A DNA stretch of 26,278 bases from the NCBI GenBank assembly GCA_038046625.1, contig JBBSVV010000004.1, positions 1 to 26,278 of the forward strand, given 5' to 3'. The first letter of the stretch is position 1; every line of letters begins with the position of its first letter. A program made the position numbers and the translations under genes. The notes under the pieces are model-generated. The model was not told where the DNA came from, ran no database searches, and saw only the letters and a list, made by a program, of their open reading frames with translations. Source of the stretch: an archaeon. GTDB lineage: Archaea; Iainarchaeota; Iainarchaeia; Iainarchaeales; Iainarchaeaceae. Of the stretch, positions 8,515 through 16,906 are shown one piece after another.

Positions 8515-9027
8515 TCACGGCGTGATTCTTGTAACTTCGTAGTAATTAACCTGGTTTTCCGAGTCAACAACCGCGTTCAAAAGCGTGGTCTTGAGGTTGC
8601 CCGCAAGGCGCACCATGCGGCTCATTTCAGTAAATGACGCGCGGTCCGATTGTGTTGCAACGTTAACGCACCACTGCGTGTGCGCCTCTCCGGGCTTCTT
8701 GCCGCGGGGATACACCCTGAAATCAAACCCAAATTTGAAGCCCGTCTTTACTATGAAGCCGCGTTCCCTCAAATCCGAAAAAACCTGGTATTTTGTGTAA
8801 AAGTCCTTCTCTTTTTTTGCCGCGTGCCTGATGAAGTCTTCCCCGGAAACGCTTTTGCCTGTTTTCTGGTCCTCGATGCGGAACTTTTCCTTTTCAATGA
8901 GGTAAAGGCCTTCAAAGAGGTCCATTGCGAGTTCGTTGCCTTTCTGCTCGCCATAGCCCCTTTGCCTCAATTGGTCGGCAAGCTTCTTGTCCCGCAGTAT
9001 TACCTTGTCTTCAACGAGAATTGCCAT
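8515..9027 (-). CDS. endA: tRNA-splicing endonuclease (single-unit, alpha4 size)
   Basis: 'DLRERGFIVKTGFKFGFDFRVY' and 'AVVDSENQVNYY'. 170 aa from ATG 9027. Confidence 0.93.
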   Translation of the reverse strand: MAILVEDKVILRDKKLADQLRQRGYGEQKGNELAMDLFEGLYLIEKEKFRIEDQKTGKSVSGEDFIRHAAKKEKDFYTKYQVFSDLRERGFIVKTGFKFGFDFRVYPRGKKPGEAHTQWCVNVATQSDRASFTEMSRMVRLAGNLKTTLLNAVVDSENQVNYYEVTRITP

Positions 9028-9065
9028 TTTTCCAGCCTCTTTCCAGCATATTATTCTGTTGGTAA

Positions 9066-9156
9066 TATCAAAAGACATTATGCATGGCAATTTTTTAAAT
9101 GTCTTTTGATAGCTATCAAAGGACGTTGTTTGTATCATTATTTATGTCCTTTGATA
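9066..9156. repeat. Four copies of TATCAAARGACRT in alternating orientation (two tandem hairpins)
   Basis: 9066-9079 and 9098-9111 form a perfect 14-bp IR. 9114-9126 and 9144-9156 form a 13-bp IR with one G-T pair. Confidence 0.9.
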
Positions 9157-9227
9157 TAAGAACTAAAAATGGTATGCGAATCTTAATTAATTGCTTATTC
9201 GCTTAATAGTGCTTGGAGTGTGTTGTT

Positions 9228-10316
9228 TTGGCTGAAATAGATCCCTGGGGTTCGGCTTCCGTTACGGATTACGGGCACGTATTCAAGGAGTTCGGCCTGA
9301 GGCCGTTTCCGAAGGCTTCTGCTTCCTTTTTGAACCATTTTTTGTTCGGGCGCGGCATCATAATAGCGCACCGCGATTTCGAGAAGGTTGCGAAGTGCAT
9401 CGAATCGAAAAAGCCTTTCGTGAACATCACTGGAATTGCTTCATCAGGCCCTTACCATTTTGGGCACAAAGTTGACGTTGATCTGTTCAGATTCTTCAAG
9501 TCAAAGGGTGCGAAGAATTTTTTCGCGGTTTCAGACCTTGATGCTTTTTTGAGCAGGCCGGATTCTAAAATCCCTGATTTGGCTACCGCAAAAAAATGGG
9601 CGGTGAAGAATGTCGCGGATTTGCTTGCGTTCGGCCTTGATGAAGAAGACATTTACGTGCAGTCCAACCGCAAAAACAAGCGCTATTACGAGTTCGCTTT
9701 CGAACTGAGCAAGAAAATCACGAAAAATACTTTTGAGGCGGTTTATGGGCACGTTGATTTGGGCAAGGTTGCCGCTAACTTTCTGCAGTACGCGGATATT
9801 TTGCATCCGCAGCTCCTTGAATTTGAGGGCCCCATGCCTTCAATTACCGGAATAGGCCTTGACCAGGACCCTCATGCGCGCCTCACTAGGGATATTGCGA
9901 AGCGTCTGCCCTACAAATTGGAGGTTCCATCATTCATTTATTTCATGCACCAGTCTGGTTTGCAGCCGGGCTCGAAGATGAGCGCTTCGCATCCCGAAAC
10001 CGCGGTTTTTATGAGTGATTCTCCAAAGGATGCGGAGAAGAAGATTAAGCGCGCTTTTTCCGGGGGCCAGCCCACAATTGAGGAGCACCGGCAAAAGGGC
10101 GGCAATTTGGAAATTGACCTGGTTTTTGAAATGCTCAAGTTTCATTATCCAAATACGAAAGAGCTTGAAAGAATCGGAAAAGAATTTTCTTCAGGAAAAA
10201 TGCTTGCCTCCGAGCTCAAGCAGTTCGCAATTGATTTCTTTGTCCCGCTCCTGAAAGGGCACCAGGAAAAAGCCTCAGAGAATATGAAGAAAGCGGAAAA
10301 AATTGTTTACGGTTAA
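9228..10316 (+). CDS. trpS: Tryptophan--tRNA ligase (archaeal type)
   Basis: IDPW N-terminus, HFGH (HIGH) motif, DQDPH, KMSAS and 'AFSGGQPTIEEHRQKGGN'. TTG 9228 follows SD-like GGAGTG. Confidence 0.95.
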   Translation: MAEIDPWGSASVTDYGHVFKEFGLRPFPKASASFLNHFLFGRGIIIAHRDFEKVAKCIESKKPFVNITGIASSGPYHFGHKVDVDLFRFFKSKGAKNFFAVSDLDAFLSRPDSKIPDLATAKKWAVKNVADLLAFGLDEEDIYVQSNRKNKRYYEFAFELSKKITKNTFEAVYGHVDLGKVAANFLQYADILHPQLLEFEGPMPSITGIGLDQDPHARLTRDIAKRLPYKLEVPSFIYFMHQSGLQPGSKMSASHPETAVFMSDSPKDAEKKIKRAFSGGQPTIEEHRQKGGNLEIDLVFEMLKFHYPNTKELERIGKEFSSGKMLASELKQFAIDFFVPLLKGHQEKASENMKKAEKIVYG

Positions 10317-10681
10317 AGGACTTCCACGCTTATTTTTTCCTTTTCAAGCGCTTCAACCAGTTCCTTGAAGTACTGGTTATCCTGGTTTTTGAGAGTAACC
10401 TTGTCGACTTTGCGCAGCAAGGCCAGGTTCATGATTTTGCTTTTCGTGTCGCCCCACTCGAGTATGTCCTCGCTCTTTTTCCTCTTTTTTCCGATTGCGG
10501 TTTTCACTTCTTCAAGGACTTTGCGTGCCTTTTGTATCTGCGAGGTTGCAAAGCCGAACTCCTGCTTCGAGTCGGCGTCAACAACAATAAGGAGTATTAC
10601 GTGCGCCGCGCCCTTCAGTGCCGCCTCAAGGAACGCGTCGTCATTTTCTTTTTCCGAAAGTATTGGCAGGAGCACAATCAT
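10313..10681 (-). CDS. Universal stress protein-like protein
   Basis: USP-type alpha/beta pattern: 'IVLLPI', 'ILLIVVD', 'EWGDTKSKIMNLA...VDKV'. Confidence 0.65.
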   Translation of the reverse strand: MIVLLPILSEKENDDAFLEAALKGAAHVILLIVVDADSKQEFGFATSQIQKARKVLEEVKTAIGKKRKKSEDILEWGDTKSKIMNLALLRKVDKVTLKNQDNQYFKELVEALEKEKISVEVL

Positions 10682-10690
10682 TTTTTCGCC

Positions 10691-11446
10691 TCAGTCAATG
10701 TACTGGTAGTGGTCTCTCCGTTTCTCGATTATCTGGCCGTCTTCCTTGAGGAACTCCATTGCGATGCGCACGAGCGTCGGTGTCAGGCCGGTTTCCTTGC
10801 TCAGTTTTTCAAGCTCGGTGTCGGGACCGCTTTTCATTTTCGCGAGTATTTTTTGCTGGGTTGCATTGAGAAGGTCCATTGAAATTATGAAGAATTCCCC
10901 GGTGAATGAGCGCGTGCCCCTGACTTTTCCCTCCTTTATGCTGTCCTTTAATTGTTCGCTGAGTTCCTTTGCGCGCAGCTCGTTCTTCACGACAAGGAAC
11001 CCGTCGTTTTCGAGCGAGTAATCCTGAATCGACCTTTCCTTGTTGTCGAAATTTTTCCGGTCTCCTGAAAGCCGGTAAACCGCTTTTTTGTATGACTCGT
11101 TGAGCTTGAATTTCTCTATTTTTCCGTTCTTTAAGAGTTCCTCCAGCTTGGCCTTTTCCTGCTGTGGGAGCTTCGCCTCGAAAACGCCCTCTACGCGCTC
11201 CTTGAGGGGCCATTGCTTCAGATAGCCGATTATTTTCTGTTCGGCCTCGTCGATTTTGCTTTTTTCAGCGGTAATTTTTGGCTTTTCGGGCTCTTTTTTC
11301 CCTTCGCCTGTTTCAGCCAGAACCCAGACGCCCTTCCTTGCCTTTGTGAGTTCATATCCCTTGTCCGCGCTTAAGCCGAGTTCCGAAGCCTCTTTTGCGG
11401 AGAACTCAAGCGAAAAGCCGCCCTGGCCGGACTTTGTGTGCACCAT
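10691..11446 (-). CDS. Hypothetical protein with winged-helix-like segments
   Basis: C-terminal 'LEKLSKETGLTPTLVRIAMEFLKEDGQIIEKRRDHYQY' fits a wHTH pattern. Backbone-like codon usage. Confidence 0.75.
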   Translation of the reverse strand: MVHTKSGQGGFSLEFSAKEASELGLSADKGYELTKARKGVWVLAETGEGKKEPEKPKITAEKSKIDEAEQKIIGYLKQWPLKERVEGVFEAKLPQQEKAKLEELLKNGKIEKFKLNESYKKAVYRLSGDRKNFDNKERSIQDYSLENDGFLVVKNELRAKELSEQLKDSIKEGKVRGTRSFTGEFFIISMDLLNATQQKILAKMKSGPDTELEKLSKETGLTPTLVRIAMEFLKEDGQIIEKRRDHYQYID

Positions 11447-11529
11447 TCTTGCCCCTAAAAAAGGGGCTACTAAGGGAATAAAAGCCTAAGGAACCCAAAA
11501 CATGAGGCACTTGTCTCATTTACTGTCTT

Positions 11530-12030
11530 TCAGAATCTCAACACAAGCCTCTTCACAGGTTCTTTCAGATATTTTTCCGGGTATTTTGAATTTTCCACAA
11601 GATATGCATACCTTTCTTTCACTCTCCATGCCATGTTTGAAGGGGTTTTCATTTCGGTCATCCCGATTCTTCTTCTCAGTGCATTGAAAATAGCGGTATT
11701 GGGCGTATCACAACAAACCCCTGCAAAGCCTTCTTCGCGCAATACAGGGAATTTTTTTCGGAAAAATTCTATGAGGGCGAGCACTTCCCTTCCTTTTAAA
11801 GATCCTATGTGGAAATCAATAATGTTTTCGCCACGTTTGAAAATTCCTTTGTATACTTTTGGATTTACAACTACTCTTCTCATGCCAATGAGGCTAGACA
11901 GACTCCAGCTTAAAGCTATACTAAGTGCGGGTGTCCTGAATCTGATCGGTCCCCTTTTTTCCCTCTGAACAACTATTTTGGCTTCGTGTATTCTGTTGCG
12001 CAAATGCGGTGTTGAGGGTTTTACTCGCAT
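11530..12030 (-). CDS. Basic orphan protein, possible degenerate GNAT fold
   Basis: 166 aa and Arg/Lys-rich. 'EEGFAGVCCDTPNTAIFNALRRRIG' resembles GNAT beta5-alpha4. AT-richer than the flanks. Confidence 0.6.
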   Translation of the reverse strand: MRVKPSTPHLRNRIHEAKIVVQREKRGPIRFRTPALSIALSWSLSSLIGMRRVVVNPKVYKGIFKRGENIIDFHIGSLKGREVLALIEFFRKKFPVLREEGFAGVCCDTPNTAIFNALRRRIGMTEMKTPSNMAWRVKERYAYLVENSKYPEKYLKEPVKRLVLRF

Positions 12031-12117
12031 AAAATAATGTTTTGTTTACCCTGTTAATAAACTGCTGCGTCCCATTAACGTTAAAAAATCCTTTTTCCTA
12101 GTAATAAAGGGGTTTAT

Positions 12118-13143
12118 TTGGGCACTGCAATCGGCGACATTGTTCCGCGCGAGGAAATTTCGCTTGACGCGCTGAACGGAAAAACGCTCGGCTTCGATTC
12201 TTTTAACGTGATTTACCAGTTCCTCTCCAGCATCCGCGGCGCGGACGGAACGCCTTTGATGGATTCACATGGCAACGTGACTTCGCACCTTACAGGTTTG
12301 TTTTACCGCACGATAAGCCTTGTCGAGCGCGGAGTAAAACCTGTTTTTGTTTTCGACGGCAAAGCACCTGAACTGAAAAGCGAGACACAGAAAAAGCGCT
12401 CCGCGATAAGGACGGATGCGATTGAGAAGCACGAAAAGGCACTGAAGGAAGGGAATTTGGAGGACGCGAAAAAATTCGGTTCCCGTGCTTTGAAGCTTGA
12501 TGCCAAAATGATTCAGGACGCAAAGGAACTGGTTTCGCTGATGGGCTTTCCCGTGATTCAGGCTCCGAGCGAGGGCGAGGCGCAGATTGCCTCGATGGTT
12601 TCATCCGGCAAAATAGACGGCTGCGTGAGCCAGGATTATGACGCGCTTTTGTTCGGCACAAAGATCCTTTACAGGAATGTCGGCGTCTCCGGAAAGAGGA
12701 AAATCCCGGGAAAAAACATTTACGCGGATGTTTCCCCGGAAAAGATTTTTCTCGAGAAGGTCCTTTCAGAAAACGGCCTCACGCGCGAGAAGCTCATTTG
12801 GATTGGGCTGCTGATTGGAACGGATTTCAACGAAAAGTTCCCGAAAATCGGAATCAAGACCGCGCTCAGGCTTGTGAACGAAAACGATTCGTTCGAAAAA
12901 ATCATCGGGGCAACGGGCTTTGAGCCGGAATTTGAGTGGCGCGCGGTTGAAATGCTTTTTTTGGAGCCCAAAGTGACCAATGATTATTCTCTGAATTTTT
13001 CGCTTCCTGAGAAGGAAAAAATAGTTTCTTTCCTCTGCGATAAGCATGATTTTTCTTCCGAGCGCGTGCAGAATTCCTTGAAGCGCCTCGAGGAAAAGGT
13101 TTCGGAAAAAACTAAGCAATCTACTCTTGGTGCGTGGCAATGA
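12118..13143 (+). CDS. fen: Flap endonuclease 1
   Basis: 'YQFLSSIRGADGTPLMD', 'APSEGEAQ', 'SQDYDALLFG', 'GTDFN' and C-terminal PIP box QSTLGAW. TTG start. Confidence 0.97.
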   Translation: MGTAIGDIVPREEISLDALNGKTLGFDSFNVIYQFLSSIRGADGTPLMDSHGNVTSHLTGLFYRTISLVERGVKPVFVFDGKAPELKSETQKKRSAIRTDAIEKHEKALKEGNLEDAKKFGSRALKLDAKMIQDAKELVSLMGFPVIQAPSEGEAQIASMVSSGKIDGCVSQDYDALLFGTKILYRNVGVSGKRKIPGKNIYADVSPEKIFLEKVLSENGLTREKLIWIGLLIGTDFNEKFPKIGIKTALRLVNENDSFEKIIGATGFEPEFEWRAVEMLFLEPKVTNDYSLNFSLPEKEKIVSFLCDKHDFSSERVQNSLKRLEEKVSEKTKQSTLGAWQ

Positions 13144-14234
13144 CAAAATACTATATGCCTACAAAAATAATTTTCGGGGAAAAAACCTTCGGCGAATTAT
13201 TTTCAGAGCTGCGCGAAGCCAAGGTAAAGAAGCCGCTCATAATATGCGGGAAGCACTTTATTTCCTCGCTCAGGTACAGGGTGATTCAGGACACTCTTCC
13301 TTTCTTCAAGCTGTTTACAGAGGTTCAGCCTAACCCCTTAACCGCTTCAGTTGATGCCGCCGCAAAAATGCTTAATGAGGAGAACTGCGACGCGGTTATA
13401 GGGATTGGCGGAGGAAGCATTCTGGATGTGGCAAAGGTTGTTGCGTGCATGAAGAATTACGGGAAAAGCTGCGAGTCATTTTACAAAAGAGTTTCGCCGA
13501 AAACAACGGTGCCTTTTTTTGCCCTGCCAACAACTTCAGGTTCGGGCAGTGAAATAACGAAGTACTCGGTTCTGACAACCAACGAGGGAATGAAGAAAAC
13601 ACTGAAGAGCGACAAGTTTTATGCAAAAATTGCCATTGTTGATCCGCAGCTTACATATTCAATGCCTCCGGAGCTTACCGCCGCAACTGGCATTGATGCT
13701 TTCTCTCAGGCTATGGAGTCTTACTGGTCCAAGGGAGCGATGCCTGAAACCGATAAGTGGGCGGAGGAATCAATTAAGCTCTCTTATTTCAATCTCGTCA
13801 AGGCGGTCAAGGATCCGGACAAGTATGTCCGCATCAACATGTCCTTGGCTTCTTTGAATGCCGCGCGCGCATTCAGCAACACCGGCACAACGGCCTGTCA
13901 CACCCTTTCATATGCTTTCACCAAGCATTATGGCCTGGTGCACGGATTTGCGGTTGCTATCACGCTTCCATGGTTCCTGGGTTTTTATGCGGAGAAGAAC
14001 GAAAAGAAGTGCCTCGACATATGCAGTTTCATAGGCGCTGACGGGATCGAGGACGGCAAGGCAAAGATAACGCAGCTGCTTCAGCAAATAGGCGCTCCTG
14101 CAAGGCTCGGGGAAATAGGTTTTGTTCCTCCCGACGCGGAAAAAATAATTGAAATGTCCATGCGTCACAAGCCGAATAATCCGCGCAGGCACACGCACAA
14201 AGACCTAGAACAGCTCCTCGTTGACCTTTACTGA
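13140..14234 (+). CDS. Iron-containing alcohol dehydrogenase, phosphonoacetaldehyde-reductase-like
   Basis: 'GIGGGSILDVAK', 'PTTSGSGSE', 'DAFSQAMESYWS' and 'TTACHTLSY...HG'. ATGA overlap with the fen stop codon. Confidence 0.85.
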   Translation: MTKYYMPTKIIFGEKTFGELFSELREAKVKKPLIICGKHFISSLRYRVIQDTLPFFKLFTEVQPNPLTASVDAAAKMLNEENCDAVIGIGGGSILDVAKVVACMKNYGKSCESFYKRVSPKTTVPFFALPTTSGSGSEITKYSVLTTNEGMKKTLKSDKFYAKIAIVDPQLTYSMPPELTAATGIDAFSQAMESYWSKGAMPETDKWAEESIKLSYFNLVKAVKDPDKYVRINMSLASLNAARAFSNTGTTACHTLSYAFTKHYGLVHGFAVAITLPWFLGFYAEKNEKKCLDICSFIGADGIEDGKAKITQLLQQIGAPARLGEIGFVPPDAEKIIEMSMRHKPNNPRRHTHKDLEQLLVDLY

Positions 14235-14266
14235 ACTCCGTTATAGCCAAGCGCATTGGCCGAACC

Positions 14267-14896
14267 CTATTTTTTTCCTCGCCTTCTCATTAGGAATCTT
14301 CTTTTTCCGGAATGGCTGAGCATTATCCTTTTTGTTTTTTGTTCTTTCACAATATCTTTTATGGCTCTTTGGGCTTCTCCTCTTGTAAGGCCTGTTTGAT
14401 TCACGATTTCTTGGATAAGGTCCGGGTAGAACACTTTTCCGGTAGTCCTCCTTGCTGTTGTTTTAAGCAGCGTGTGCATTGACATCATTTTTCTGGCCAT
14501 TTCAGTCTTGCTTTTCAAAAAATCATTCCACAGTCCAAATTTTTTTGCAAATTTTCTTTCAGCCTGCGTGGCTTGGTAATGGCTTCCATTCATGACTTCA
14601 TGATATTCGTGCAGTGCAAACAAAATTTTCCAGTTTTCCGGTTGCATTTGGCTGACTATAAAATAATACTTGCCAGGCTTTCCATATTCGTGCATCCCTG
14701 GATGGTCTCTTTCTTTCTGCACTGCCGTTGCCTGGATAGCATTGACGTACTGATGGTCAACTTCCACGTATGCAAATTTTGCGTAACCAGGGAAGTCAAA
14801 AATTTTTACATCCCCTGCTTCAGTTTTTTTCTTGGCCATTTGCCTGATTTCGTCGTTTCTTTTGATTTTCATCTCGTCGAAAGCCATGCTAACCAC
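14267..14896 (-). CDS. Basic orphan protein with HExxE...H metal-binding-like motif
   Basis: 'ALHEYHEVMNGSHYQATQAE' and a basic C-tail GKRRFLMRRRGKK. Start is GTG 14896 or ATG 14887. Confidence 0.65.
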   Translation of the reverse strand: MVSMAFDEMKIKRNDEIRQMAKKKTEAGDVKIFDFPGYAKFAYVEVDHQYVNAIQATAVQKERDHPGMHEYGKPGKYYFIVSQMQPENWKILFALHEYHEVMNGSHYQATQAERKFAKKFGLWNDFLKSKTEMARKMMSMHTLLKTTARRTTGKVFYPDLIQEIVNQTGLTRGEAQRAIKDIVKEQKTKRIMLSHSGKRRFLMRRRGKK

Positions 14897-14897
14897 A

Positions 14898-15542
14898 TTA
14901 CCTGAGCTTTGCTTTCTTTTTTTTCATTTGTGCTTGTCTTCTCTCGTGTCTGCTCCTATACTTTCTGAAATATTTTACCCCCTTGTAGAGCACGAATTTT
15001 GAGGGGTCGTGCGGTCTGCACAGTTCTTTCACGAGGCGTACATTGCCGCTTATGCCGATTTTTCTTAATGATTCTTCACTCATTCTCTGGACTGCTTTTG
15101 CGCAAAGCTCCTCATATTCGCCAAAAACCTTTAAGTCAAGTGGTTTGTTTGGATGAAACCCCTTCACCAATTCCAGGATGGCTTCATCCGGCACTGCCTT
15201 AAAGATGAATTTGGCGCCCAGTTTTTCCAGCCGGGCGATAAACCTCCTGTATTCTCCAACTATTTGTTCCTGCGCCGCGGCAGTGCCTTCTTTCCCAATT
15301 GTTCTGTTGAACCCGCTCAGGTTATGCAACCGCTCAACCTTTCCGTTAATGTCAGGATGTACGACGACAAGGAATGGATTTCCGCTGTTTGCCTGGCGCT
15401 GTGCTGCCAGGTTCCATGCGGAAAGCAAGCGCTTCCTGAACCTTTTTTCCTGCGGGCTACTTGTTATCTCATGGTTCCAGTTTGTAATGGAATCAAACAA
15501 AGGGTGCACAAGAATGCATATTTCAGTGGCTTTGTTTTGCAT
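14898..15542 (-). CDS. Basic orphan protein, possible degenerate isochorismatase/cysteine-hydrolase fold
   Basis: 'ICILVHP' and 'LKVFGEYEELCAK', with a very basic C-tail. A TTAAAT box ~27 nt upstream supports ATG 15542. Confidence 0.6.
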   Translation of the reverse strand: MQNKATEICILVHPLFDSITNWNHEITSSPQEKRFRKRLLSAWNLAAQRQANSGNPFLVVVHPDINGKVERLHNLSGFNRTIGKEGTAAAQEQIVGEYRRFIARLEKLGAKFIFKAVPDEAILELVKGFHPNKPLDLKVFGEYEELCAKAVQRMSEESLRKIGISGNVRLVKELCRPHDPSKFVLYKGVKYFRKYRSRHERRQAQMKKKKAKLR

Positions 15543-15609
15543 AAATAAAATATAATTTGCTGGCAATTTAATTGTTGCCCCTGCACAAAATCTTTTTGGT
15601 TCCCGCCTA

Positions 15610-16848
15610 CTACCCCCTTATACTGAAAACCTTGTAAGCGTACCCAATCACATGTATCGAGCCTGTAATAAGAACCAAATCATCTTTTCGGGCTGAATTA
15701 ATCGCGCCTACTATGGCCTCTTTTGCATCCATCTCGATTTTTCCGGCACCGATTTTTTTTCTCAATTCTTCAGGTTCAAATGCTCTGGGCGAATCAGATT
15801 TTGTGAGGATTAGTGTATGCGCTTTGCGGAGGTTTTGTTTGAGTTCCTTGTCGAGTTCTTTGTCTGCCATCGCGCCGAAAACCACGTGCATTTTCAAAAA
15901 TTTCATTTTCCGCACTTCTTTGAAAAGTTCGTGCCAGCCCTGCGGGTTGTGCGCGGCATCAACAATCACCAAAGGTTTTTTTTGCAGGGTTTCGAGCCTG
16001 CCGCGCCAGATTGTTTTTGCAATTCCTGTCCTTATGCTCTTGTCCGAAACGGCAAATCCTTTTTCGCGCAGCGCAACCATTGCGGCTGCAGCTACTGCCG
16101 CGTTTTCAATCTGGTAAGTGCCAAGCATTTTGGTTCTGAGCCGGGGTATTTTTTCAGGTTTCACGAGCCCGAACTTCTGGCTCCTCTTGTTTTTCCATTT
16201 CACCTCGAAAATCATAGCGTTTTTTTCTTTCGCTTTTTCGATTATTATTTTTTTTCCCTTATTGTTGTGCGCAAAAACCACTGCCGAGTTTTCCTTGATT
16301 ATGCCTGCTTTTTCCGCGGCGATTTTTTTGATTGTATTTCCAAGAAATTGCGTGTGCTCCAGCGAGATTGAGGTTATTGCGCAAACCTTTCCGTCGAGGA
16401 TGTTTGTCGCGTCAAGGCGCCCACCCATTCCTGTTTCTGCCACGAGTATGTCTACTTTTTCTTCAATGAAATATTTGAATGCCATCGCTGTAACGACTTC
16501 GAAAAAGTTCGCTTCAACGCTGCTGTTTTCCATGAGTTTTCTGAAATAATCCGCTAGCTGCGCGAATTTTTCCTTTGGGATTTTTTTGCCGTTGATGCGC
16601 ATCCTTTCTGTTGGCTCCAGAATGTGTGGCGAACTGTAGAATCCGGTTTTGTAGCCCTGTTCCGTTAGGGTGCTTGAAATGTATGCACAGGTGCTTCCCT
16701 TGCCGTTGCTTCCCGCAACGTGAACTGTTTTCAGGCTTTGAAGGTCGAGTTTCGCGAGCTTTATGAGCAGCCTCATTTTTTTGAGGTCGTAGTCCTTCAT
16801 TTCTACGTGAAGGCTGAAGAGCCAGTGTTTGCTTTCCTCGTAGTCCAT
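15610..16848 (-). CDS. folC: Folylpolyglutamate synthase / dihydrofolate synthase
   Basis: 'HVAGSNGKGST', 'SSPH', 'ETGMGGRLDATN', 'IAAEKAGIIK', 'DAAHN' and 'TGS'. Confidence 0.95.
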   Translation of the reverse strand: MDYEESKHWLFSLHVEMKDYDLKKMRLLIKLAKLDLQSLKTVHVAGSNGKGSTCAYISSTLTEQGYKTGFYSSPHILEPTERMRINGKKIPKEKFAQLADYFRKLMENSSVEANFFEVVTAMAFKYFIEEKVDILVAETGMGGRLDATNILDGKVCAITSISLEHTQFLGNTIKKIAAEKAGIIKENSAVVFAHNNKGKKIIIEKAKEKNAMIFEVKWKNKRSQKFGLVKPEKIPRLRTKMLGTYQIENAAVAAAAMVALREKGFAVSDKSIRTGIAKTIWRGRLETLQKKPLVIVDAAHNPQGWHELFKEVRKMKFLKMHVVFGAMADKELDKELKQNLRKAHTLILTKSDSPRAFEPEELRKKIGAGKIEMDAKEAIVGAINSARKDDLVLITGSIHVIGYAYKVFSIRG

Positions 16849-16906
16849 ATGATATAAAATGTTTCCCGCAAAGGCTTAATTAATTGTTTTGAGTGGTTTT
16901 TGCCTT

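Noticed and set aside
9066..9156. CRISPR mini-array or ORB-type origin interpretation of the repeat array
   Set aside because: The repeats are 13-14 bp, alternate in orientation and have 17-18 nt spacers. There are no cas or cdc6 genes nearby and no match to the ORB consensus with G-string.
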